Made by a program: the position numbers and the translations under genes. Of a DNA stretch of 32,000 nucleotides, positions 15,547-25,268 are shown piece after piece. Source of the DNA: Wallemia ichthyophaga EXF-994 (lineage: Eukaryota; Fungi; Basidiomycota); the NCBI RefSeq assembly GCF_000400465.1, contig NW_008806282.1:1-32000 (forward strand), read 5' to 3'. Position 1 is the stretch's first letter, and each line of letters starts with the position of its first letter. The notes below the pieces were generated by a model, which worked only from the letters and a program-made list of their open reading frames with translations, had not been told where the DNA came from and searched no databases.

Positions 15547-18438
15547 ATGATGGATCCTTTCTCACTTGGTGTAAACCTGTCGCCGGTAAGTGTCCTGCTG
15601 CGCCTCCCGCGACTCCCCACTTAGTCACACAAAGGTCGTGCTTAAGACACTTGTACGGCATCTAATAAAGAAGCGCAATAACAATACAAACAAATCTGAA
15701 ACTCCCAGTACACCCAACGACGAGTACGCGTTTGATCAGGTTGGTTGTTATCCCGGTGGCTGCGTCTCAATCTAACACCCGCAGACATTCAAACTTACAA
15801 GAGCTTTTCTCGATATCGCGATGAATGTTGGTTGTTTATATTCCATGAACCCCGCTGATTTCAAATCCAGCACCCCGTCGAGGATCTTCAAAGCCTAGGA
15901 TCGACATATATCCCCCCGCCTTTCTGGGTTCATAACGTTGCTGTCACTGTCCCCATGTCCATTATAAACAACGCCGCTGAGTATCTCATCAAGGCTTTCG
16001 GCGGTGAGCAGCCGATGCGCGCCGCCGTTGGCGGTACTAGGTGGTGGCAGGTGAGACCAACTCCTGGATTACCTTCTGAATGGATTTGCAGTGAGTCCAT
16101 CTGTTGCTTATAGTACTCCTCTCACTCCACTCCACTCAGTGAAAAGCGATGTAAAGCTGGCTACCAGGAACAACAAACCAAATAAACCACGTGAACAACC
16201 TAAAGACTCCTTCACTCCTCAATTCTTCAAAGACATTGAAGGCCTCCCACGTACCATTCTCTTTGTTCACGGTGGTGCCTACTATTGGGGCTCCATTAAT
16301 ACCCACCGCTATCTAATTTGGCGCATGGCACGAAAAATGCGAGGTAAGGCATTTGCTGTCAGCTACAGACTTTCTCCTCAATACGGATTCCCTTGCGCAC
16401 TGCAAGACGTACTTAGCGCCTACCTATACCTTCTCTATCCACCAGAGGGTGCTCCACACAAAGCAGTAGATCCATCCAACCTTATTTTCGCAGGCGATAG
16501 TGCAGGAGGTGGTCTATTGCTCTCACTTTTACTAATTATTCGTGATCTCGGCCTGCCCTTACCCGCAGGCTCTATCCATATCTCGCCCTGGTGCGACCTC
16601 TCACATTCATTCCCATCAGTACTGAGCAACTATGAAACTGACGTCATACCAAAGTACGGTTTCGTACACAAACCATCCACTCTCTGGCCACCACCTAGCG
16701 AAGAGCTTCTTCAAAGAACACGCCAACATATCAAATCGTCAACACAAAGATCCAAATCTCCACTTCGGGGGGTGGGATCAGCTGCATCTCGCAAAGCAGA
16801 GGAAGGCAGGATAGAAGAAGATGCGATAAACGAGGCAGCGGGAATGACTAATGAACGCGGACACGAGAAGCTTGAGCCACCTCGCGATGTCCCTACTGTT
16901 GATCTAGATGGCAGGACGGTAGAGCTCAAAGGACAGATACAGATGTATGCAACCAATGAGCAAGTAGGACATCCATATGTTTCACCTGTGCTGGCACACT
17001 TGGGTGGTTTGTGTCCTTTATTCATCATGGCTAGTGACGGAGAGCTGCTGCGGGATGAGGGTATTTACATCGCTCACAAGGCTGCTCGTCCTGACGACTT
17101 TGAGTATAAAGAAGACGCAAAGAGACGTCTACCGAGCATGAACGGAATTGAGGGTAGATTTGGACCTACCAAGGTGCATTTGCAGGTGAGTGTTGGGTGT
17201 TTGGTGGTGGTATACTCAGACTTATAACTGACAACTCAACCAAAAATGAACAGGTTTACGACAAAATGTGTCACGATCTGCCCCTGTTTAGCATGGTCAC
17301 ACCTGCTAAATATGCTTATAGGGCTATGGCGGCATTCTGCTTCCAGGTGACGAAAGATACTACAGTTCAACCATCACCTGCATTACAAGGCTCAGATATT
17401 CCAAACACTATGTCTGATCTCGAGCTTGATAGTGCTGCTGAATCGCCCTCACCACTTAGGAAACTCGACAGCCCAGCTGAAGCACCATCACCTTCTACGA
17501 AACTCGACAGTCCTGCTGACGTACCTTCACCTTCTAGGAAGATCGACAATCCAGCTATAGCACTCTTGCCACCACCACCATCACCAGGTAAACCAAAGAG
17601 AAAGTTCTCCTTACTCGGACTGAAAAACAATGAAGGTGCAGGTGCTACATCAATTGACATGGAAAAAGCAGCAACAGTGAGCTCACAAACAGGTACGCCA
17701 GCAAGTGATGCAGAGAGACCAATAAAGTCAGGACCAGGAACAGCTGGGAACATGGCTGTTTACGATGAATCAATGGCATTCAAAGAGAGAAATATGATCA
17801 GAGAAAGAGTATCGCTCGTTGGACAAATCAGACCAATGGAATCATCTGAGAATATGGATATTCTACGCATGCCCGCTGATGAAGTGGGAGTATTTAAACC
17901 AGCCGCAGTTAAAAGATATTTAGAAGGAAAAAACAAATGGATGCATAAATTCAAACATACCGCCAAGAATGTCGAAAGGCAGCGCGAGAAAAGCCTGAAA
18001 GAATCGAATATACATGCAGAGAAGAAGATTAAAGATAGTGACAATATATTCGACACACCGCAAGTGACATGGCGGTGGCAGTGGGCGTTGGAGAATGAGA
18101 GACCACCACCTGCAAGTATTGTAGCAAGAAGAGATACGCAAGAAGCACGCAAACTGGTACAAATAGTAGATAACGCTGATAGTAAGCAAAATAGCAGAAC
18201 ATTAAGTCTATGGACGCTAGTAATGCACTTGATGAGTCCACAAAAGAGCAAAGCTAGCACGAATGACGACGGGGATGATGTCGCGCCTTGGACGAAAGAC
18301 ATTGAGAAACTCAAAAGAAAAGATGGCAAGAAAGATGAGGGACAGACAGTATCAGAGAGTGATTCGCCTGAAGAGGAGGAAATCAATATCGATAAACGGA
18401 AAGAGCAGTGGCTGAAAAATCACGTCAAAGATGAGTAG
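15547..18438 (+). CDS. Alpha/beta-hydrolase, hormone-sensitive-lipase (Abhydrolase_3) family esterase; multi-exon
   Basis: HGGAY oxyanion motif, GDSAGG nucleophile, SDGELLRDE acid region and MCHDL histidine region. The exact 5' exons are less certain. Confidence 0.85.
17425..17556 (+). repeat. Degenerate 39-nt coding tandem repeat, about 3.4 copies
   Basis: Encodes LDSAAESPSPLRK / LDSPAEAPSPSTK / LDSPADVPSPSRK / IDNPA; the DNA units share AAACTCGACAG. Confidence 0.85.
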
Positions 18439-18675
18439 TTAAGTGTACTTGTAGCTTTTGTGTATTTTATCAAAGGATTTCAGAATAACTTGGCTGTCTA
18501 AGATTCCTTTAGCTGGCTTTGGCTGTCAGATGATACATTAGACAAAAGAAGTGGGAAATGGATTGTAGAGAGTGTTTGTACTGCTAATCAGCACCTAATC
18601 ACCAAAACAAATCGAACAAAAAGATTAATTTGTAAAAATATTGCATTTCTAGGCCTTTCATATCTACCATCACGA

Positions 18676-20319
18676 ATGGCTTCAACTTCGCAAACGTAGG
18701 CGACAGGAGATATCGAATACAGCGCACAAAGCTCACCCAAAAACCAGTGCAGAATCTGAATGGAAGAATCAATTAAGAGTGCCGCAAAAAGATTTACGTC
18801 CACAAACTGAAGTGAGCAGCCAATCAGAGAGATATATTCGTTGGCTGACAAAAGCACAACAAGGATGTCACAAAAACGAAGGGAGGTGAATGGGAGGATT
18901 TTGGATTAAGGAGGGAGCTGCTTATGGGTATATTTGAAGCCGGTGTGAGTCGACTCGGTTCACAATGAGCTGCATTTCTCACGATGAAATTTAAAGTTTG
19001 AAAAGCCATCACCAATTCAAGAAGAAGCGATTCCATCTGCTATTGCAGGCAGGGATATTTTAGCAAGGGCTAAGAATGGTACAGGTAAAACTGCATCATT
19101 CGTTATTCCAAGTTTAGAGAAAATCAACGTACAGAAACCAAAGATACAAGCTTTGCTCTTGGTTCCAACTAGAGAATTGGCTTTACAAACTTCCCAGGTT
19201 TGCAAATCACTCGGTAAACATTTAGGTATACAGGTTATGGTCACAACAGGTGGTACAACGTTAAGGGATGATATTATGAGATTATCAGACCCAGTTCATA
19301 TTCTAGTTGGTACTCCTGGTAGAATATTGGATTTGGCTGGTAAAGGCGTTGCAAATCTCAATGAATGTCCAACATTCGTTATGGACGAAGCAGATAAACT
19401 TTTATCTCCAGAGTTCACACCAGTTATGGAACAGTTGCTATCACACCTTCCTTCTTCTAGACAAGTTATGCTCTTCTCTGCAACCTTCCCACTAATTGTG
19501 AAGGACTTTAAAGAGAAGCATATGAAAGACCCACATGAAATCAATCTTATGGATGAATTGACACTCAGAGGTATCACTCAGTATTACGCTTTCGTCGATG
19601 AAAGGCAGAAAGTTCACTGCTTGAATACACTCTTTTCAAAATTACAAATCAATCAATCAATTATATTTTGTAATTCAACTAATAGAGTTGAATTACTTGC
19701 AAAGAAAGTTACAGAGCTTGGCTACTCTTGCTTCTTTTCTCATGCAAAAATGTTACAAAGTCATAGAAACAGAGTTTTCCATGATTTCAGATCAGGTGTT
19801 TGTCGTAATTTAGTTTGCTCAGATTTACTGACAAGAGGTATCGATATTCAAGCTGTCAACGTTGTCATAAACTTTGATTTCCCTAAAAACAGTGAAACGT
19901 ATTTACACAGAATTGGTAGATCTGGTCGTTACGGTCATTTGGGTTTGGCTATCAATTTAATCACTTATGAGGATAGATTTAACTTATACAAGATTGAACA
20001 GGAATTGGGTACTGAGATTCAACCAATTCCTTCACAAATTGATAGATCGTTATACGTTGCACCAAACGCTAGTGATGACGATGGTCAAATTCAGCAATCT
20101 CAACAACAACAAAAGGGTTTACCTACTTTACCACCAACTCAACAAGTCATGAACGCTTATTCACAACCACCACCTCAACCAACATTCAATCAATCGAATC
20201 AAAATCACCAGTATCAACAACGTAGTAATCGTGGTGGATACAATAGTGGATATTATGGAGGATCTGGTTTTCGTGGCAGAGGTGGTGGACCACCACGTGG
20301 AGGAGTTCCTAGAGCTTAG
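18676..20319 (+). CDS. DHH1: DEAD-box RNA helicase Dhh1/DDX6; 4 exons
   Basis: [14 protein letters not shown]|DVTKTKG...FEAG|[10 protein letters not shown]; [29 protein letters not shown]; Q/N-rich and RGG tail. Confidence 0.97.
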
Positions 20320-21048
20320 AACTTTCATTTTACAGTTAATCAGTTTATCTTTCCTTTATCTTTTCCTTATGTGAAATAGTTTACTCTTTCATTTCCTCCT
20401 CATTTCTTACGTTTCAATTCACTTTATTGCTTATACTACTTGAAGCACTCAAATCGTAGTATAATCGATGGCTCACTACTTGACAAATATTATTGCCATT
20501 TCCTCAAATCCACAATTCCTCAGTGTTGAATTAGTTTCTACCTTAAACTAAACACTAAATTAAGCACTTAACCAACCATCAAACCTTGAATAAATCTAAG
20601 AAGCTTAAACGCAAAGAGTACATTATTAAGACGTTCAACTTTCCACCTCACCTCATTCCATTTACAAGCCGTCAGGACGGGATACTTTACACTTTCACAG
20701 AATATTCTGAATTATCGTTAAGTTTAGATATCCTCAATAACTTAGGTGATGTGTTCAACAGACATCATGCGCATATCCAACACACCTCTACCTACACTCT
20801 GTAAACGACTAACAAACTAACAAAAGGCCTTCCGTATACACACAATCAGCCGAGAAAAGTTTTTTTTTGTTCAATTTGATTTTGTAAGTTAAATGCACAA
20901 ATCACATTGAAATAATGCGTTATGCTGGAAGTATTGGGGAATTATCAATATAATATCAAGTATACAATGAGAAGTAACTGAAGTGACTGTGAACTTGTTA
21001 GAAAATCGTATGTACTGTGTTATAAGACAACTAATACAGCTGATACGT

Positions 21049-21137
21049 GATCAGACGTTTAAGATATATTATCAGCATAGAGACGGTTCAAGTGAACCAA
21101 GTCAGAAAGCCATGCATATGAATCTTAATCATCATCT
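21049..21137 (-). ncRNA. Box C/D snoRNA B (predicted 18S C49 2'-O-methylation guide, yeast numbering)
   Basis: C AUGAUGA (21135-21129), D' CUGA (21105-21102), GGUUC/GAACC hairpin, C' AUGCUGA (21078-21072), D CUGA (21054-21051). Guide AUAUGCAUGGCUU pairs 13 nt (one G-U) with 18S AAGCCAUGCAUGU. Flanking arms UUAUAAG...AGCUAUAC and GUAUCAGCU...CUUAUAA form an external stem. Confidence 0.8.
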
Positions 21138-21228
21138 TGTATAGCTAGTAGCAATTACTTATAATCTATACTCACCTAGAGCTAATTGTCAGTGTATTCA
21201 ATTATGATGAGACCATGGCAAGACAGAG

Positions 21229-21315
21229 AATCAGTCTATCATTTAAGGACAGCAGTCCATCCACATAAGCCATGGAAAGGCGTTGGATAATACATGCGTT
21301 TAAAGCATCATTTTG
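21229..21315 (-). ncRNA. Box C/D snoRNA A (SNORD45/U45-like 5' guide; predicted target is the 18S U equivalent to human Um172)
   Basis: C box AUGAUGC (21311-21305) and D box CUGA (21234-21231). Guide GCAUGUAUUA (21297-21288) is complementary to conserved 18S UAAUACAUGC, followed by U and a degenerate D' (CCAA). Flanking intron arms GAGAGGCUGUGGCAG and UUGCCAUGGUCUC can pair as an external stem. Confidence 0.65.
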
Positions 21316-21585
21316 ACACGCTGCCACAGCCTCTCAAGTAATTCTACTCACAACGTAGTGGTTCAGGTTGAAGAGTTGAGGAATAAAATTTGGAAATCTC
21401 ATTTAAATAATAAAAAACATAAATTTATTACATCATTTGATTTTAATCACAATACTTGTTTCAAGAGGTAATTCTGCTTACTTGATGACTTTGTACTTTA
21501 GCTATTTGATTGAGTTATTTGGAGTTATACCTTAAAATTGAACTTGAGTTGGGGAAAAAGAACTACAGCATTTGAATTGAACCGC

Positions 21586-22952
21586 TTAGTCTGCTTTGTT
21601 TTGAGTGTAATCCTATTCAATACCATCATCAGACACCGAGAAAACCAACTTAAAACAAACTAACCTCCATCTCAGCGTCCAAGTCTTCAGCTGATTTGGC
21701 AACTCTCTTCTCTTGCTTTGGCTGATCGCTGCGCTTTTTGGTTGGTTTCCTAGTGAAACCGTGTTAATTGATCTGCTCCAACGACTGCCGGTATAATTGG
21801 ATTTATTAAAGAATTGAACATTAATGACAACCCCAACGTATCCAAATATAACAGTGCAACAACGTGAAAGACGAAACTCACTTGATAGCCTTCTTGGTCT
21901 TTGGCTTAACAGTGGTGACTGCCTCAGCAGGCTTTGGAGCTAATCTTTGAATTAATCCGCTCTTATCTGATGATTCAACGACTATTTCAATCTTGATTGG
22001 TCTGTCTGTTGATTTTATATTGAAGAAAAAGCGCTCGTCAGTCATTTTGTTCTAAATCAATGCAAGCACACATTATTTAGATAGTGTGGGGTGTGTTTTT
22101 CCCAGCAATGCATTGTAGACTCTAGCTGACTAACTGAAGCTTGAATCCCTTTCAACTAAGCTACTCAAAGTGGGCGTGATTAGGGTCATTGGCGAAGTAT
22201 CAAATGGGTTTGTCTCAACTGCCTATCCAATTGAGCTGACTGTCAGCCAATACCTGTCGCGCGTGATACTGAAGATCAAGTCGGTTAGCTAGACATTTGC
22301 GAGCTGAGTGTGGGATGATTCCGTCACTATACGCGTCACTCTGAGTCGCGTCGCGTCGCTCCAACCAGTCTAAGCGTCAGCGAGTCTGCTCAGTATGAGC
22401 TTATGACGAGTAATGCTAGAAACATGCTCAGTCATTGCAAGTATCGTACATACTCACACAACTATCTAAATAATGTGTACTATGAAAAGGTAAGACTAAC
22501 TGTTGTCAATGACGCGACCATTAAACTCCTTAAAAGCCTTGTTGCCATCACCTTTTCTCTTAAATCTAACTTGACCAAAGCCCTTCGAGGTTCCTCTTTG
22601 GTCGTAGCTGATGCTGCACTCAGCTACTGGTCCCACAGTTTCAGTCATCAATTCCTAAAGCGGTGTGAGTAACAAATATAAGTTATTGAATCTTGCTCAC
22701 CTTAAGCGCGTGGTCATTAACGTCTGGTGGGAGGTTGGAGATGATGATCTTCTTAGCCTCCTCATTGAGTGCAGCACCATCCTTGGTCCTTGGAATGACA
22801 CGATCAGCAACAGGCTTAGCGCCTTGAGCCATACGCTTCGATTCACCCTGTTTAGCGCCGCTGAGACGCTTGCGCTGAGTGGTTTTGCGATGGCTTTTGC
22901 GTTCTTGACGCTTAGCCTTAATAACGTCTTCGAGTGGCTGGTCAATGTTCAT
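21586..22952 (-). CDS. YRA1: mRNA export adaptor Yra1/ALYREF (THO complex subunit 4); 5 exons
   Basis: N-terminal UBM MNIDQPLEDVIK; RRM KIIISNLPPDVNDHALK|ELM...RGTSKGFGQVRF...FNGRVIDN|RPIKIE; C-terminal UBM KSAEDLDAEME|DY. Introns 22700-22655, 22500-22006, 21881-21750, 21664-21613; TAA at 21588-21586. Confidence 0.9.
22068..22478. repeat. 18-bp perfect inverted repeat bracketing YRA1 intron 2
   Basis: ACACATTATTTAGATAGT (22068-22085) is the exact reverse complement of ACTATCTAAATAATGTGT (22461-22478). Confidence 0.95.
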
Positions 22953-23083
22953 AGAGGACTTGGTGGAGTGAGAATTGAGTGAGAAATTTAATTTAATTTG
23001 CTCACCATATTTATTGATAAATCGTGGTGGTTGTGGATCAAGATGTAAATTTATTTTAAATTTAATCTTTAACGCGAACGACA

Positions 23084-23413
23084 ATGATTGCGATGAACGA
23101 AAATCTATTTGAAATGGCTAAATTTGATAAACTTGAATTATTACGGGAGATAGACGATGCTGAATATCTCGACTCCCTGCACGATTCAAGTTGAGATGCA
23201 GCACTCTTGTGTTGCGCGCTGACGCTGACGGATATTCTCATGATAGATATCTCGCTAAGATTGCAAAAAATCTGCTTGCTGTTTAATTGCTGGTTAAATA
23301 CTCGTAAGAAGTTTGAAACAGCGAGATTTCATCAGGAGATAAACGACGGCATCAAGGATATTGAGCTTGAGCATCTTAAGCAGGGTGATACAAATACTAA
23401 TATATATTTATAA
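23084..23413 (+). CDS. Putative 90-aa orphan protein, 2 exons
   Basis: ATG 23084; intron 23190-23246 (GTTGAG...GCTGAC...TAG) restores one frame: MIAMNENLFEMAKFDKLELLREIDDAEYLDSLHDSN|ISLRLQKICLLFNCWLNTRKKFETARFHQEINDGIKDIELEHLKQGDTNTNIYL*. Confidence 0.55.
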
Positions 23414-23512
23414 TTACAACTAACTCTTAACTCCCTTTTCAGAGCGCGAGATGAACAGACTAGCCATCTTTGCCAGTCAAATCGAATCCGCTACAAACAG
23501 CGATTAATTTGT

Positions 23513-24908
23513 TTACGCAAATAAATGATGTGGCGCCGATGGCACTGTCTTTTGCTCCCTAGACTGTGTCGTTGAAATATCCGCAAGTAATGATCCTCCC
23601 TTGCCTTTACGCTTACCACGCCTCATCACTCCTCGTCTAGTAAACGAAAGTCCTTTGAATCTATAATGCTGTATTTATTCGTTAGTTGATGTATTTCCAA
23701 CTTTATTATCCCTTCTCACCTTCTTGTTCATATAGTAAAACAACACGCAATCTTGTACCGTTTTTCCAGGGATTTTTTCGGCTATCTCCGCGAATGATTT
23801 GGGTGTATCGACGTATGCTTTTAAGAAAACCTCCTTTTCCTCCTCACTCCAGGCTAGTGATTCGTAACTACGCTCATAATACCTTGTTGGGTCAAATATC
23901 CGCGCATTAGCGTCATTGTATGAGCAAGCCCATCTATCAATTGAAGTGACTTCTTGATTGGGTATATTAGCTTGAGTTCTGACTGCTCTGATCTTTGGAT
24001 CTCTCTTGTTCACTGTTTGTAGTCTTTGCAACATCTGATTCAAAAATTTTTCATTCTCCATTTCCTCCATATCGTTTTCATTGACGAGATGCATTGGCTC
24101 AGCATCTTGTGTCGCTTTCTCTATTATCGAACTTGAATCTGTTGCTTCCATGTCGGTGGATTCAACCGGTGGTGTTGCTTCTGCAACTACATGTTGAGGT
24201 ACAGCCGAAACAGGCTTACGGGACATATTTGCATTACGTCTATTTGTTAATTCAACATGCTCAACAGCTTCACCTCTTCTAGAACGCTTCTTCATTATAT
24301 GCTGTTGTTCTGCCTTTACTTTTACACCTCTCTCACAACTAGCTTCCCAATCAACTTGTAATGCTGCGTAATCATCGTTCAATCCCTCAATCTTTTGACT
24401 TCTGGCCTGATTTCTAAATATCATATACTCTCTCACCTTATCCTTGATTTGATCGTGCTGTTGCAAGACTTGAGATGTAAGCGAGTGAAACGTTTCAAGA
24501 TTACTATCTGTGTACTGTAATTCAAGCATTTCAACTGGCCTATCATTGACTTGCTCATTATTGAATTCCAAAGTCGGGTCTGGTGGATCGAATGATATCC
24601 CCTTGAGCTGCCTATCTTTCACCGTGTAGTTGACGAGTTGATCCAGATCATATAAAGGTGTTCCATCCGGTGCATCGGCTTCTACTCGTGCGCTTTGCCT
24701 CAATCCTGACACTGTGTGTGGATTTAACAGCGTCGGGTTTCGCATCATGATCGTCTTGTCTGAAGTTGCAATCGACGAGCAGGATTGGTACAATTGAAAA
24801 ATGAAAATTATATTTCGTGTTCGTAGCATAGTGTCCGGTAAGAAATGGTATTGACACACGCCATCTACCCCGTAATCTAATTACCGTGGGGCTAGACGGT
24901 AATGGCAT
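23513..24908 (-). CDS. SANT/Myb-domain protein, Snt1/NCoR-like (HDAC complex subunit); 5' end uncertain
   Basis: SANT domain WSEEEKEVFLKAYVDTPKSFAEIAEKIPGKTVQDCVLFYYMNKK; after an intron HYRFKGL...RKGKGGSLLADI; upstream coiled coil; stop at 23515-23513. Confidence 0.75.
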
Positions 24909-25245
24909 GGAGACAAACTTGGAATTAAATAGGTATGGGGGTTTTTTGGCAGTGGCGGTTTAGCTATTAGCTATTTAAACTGCTTTTAATCCCCTTGTAG
25001 AGGAGAGGGAAAAATTTAACCCAAGTGTGAAACGAGCAATTAAGAAAGGAGGATGTAAGAAACGATAGCCAGATTGATCATAACAAGCGATAGATCATCT
25101 AAGAAAGCTTATATTACGTGTTATTTATCTACAATGCCAAAGTACGCCAAATGTATATTTATCCCTGCACAAGGATAACAAACATGTTTCAAACATCAAT
25201 GAAAGCAGCACTGAATTACTTCAGTTGATATATGTTACTTGCTAG

Positions 25246-25268
25246 GATTGGCCGTGTGGCAGCCAATC
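25246..25268. promoter_or_regulatory. Inverted pair of CCAAT boxes in the SANT/UBC4 divergent intergenic region
   Basis: GATTGGC-CGTGTGGCA-GCCAATC. Confidence 0.4.

Larger units (their letters stand above)
20987..21351 (-). ncRNA. Putative non-coding snoRNA host transcript: two long introns (21351-21176/21182 and 21175-20987)
   Basis: Both introns start GTGAGT. Branch points ACTGAC and TCTAAC, ending TAG and CAG. They are 170-189 nt, against about 47 nt typical here, and each contains a C/D box module. No substantial ORF. Confidence 0.75.

Noticed and set aside
20660-20825. Possible third C/D snoRNA on the minus strand (ATGATGT...CTGA, preceded by GTTAGT)
   Set aside because: No recognisable rRNA guide, the C box is self-paired with ACATCA, there is no good terminal stem and no correctly spaced branch point or AG. 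More likely the DHH1 3' UTR.
21204-21300. Plus-strand C box (ATGATGA at 21204)
   Set aside because: No downstream CTGA D box or intron context on the plus strand; the minus-strand model explains the region.
20319-21586. Idea that DHH1-YRA1 adjacency is a functional mRNA-decay cluster
   Set aside because: The yeast link (decapping of YRA1 pre-mRNA) is real, but adjacency alone in a gene-dense genome is not evidence; synteny data would be needed.
22090-22250. H/ACA snoRNA inside the YRA1 intron (hairpin, AGACAA, hairpin, ACA)
   Set aside because: The hairpins are short and irregular, and I could not identify a pseudouridylation pocket or target.
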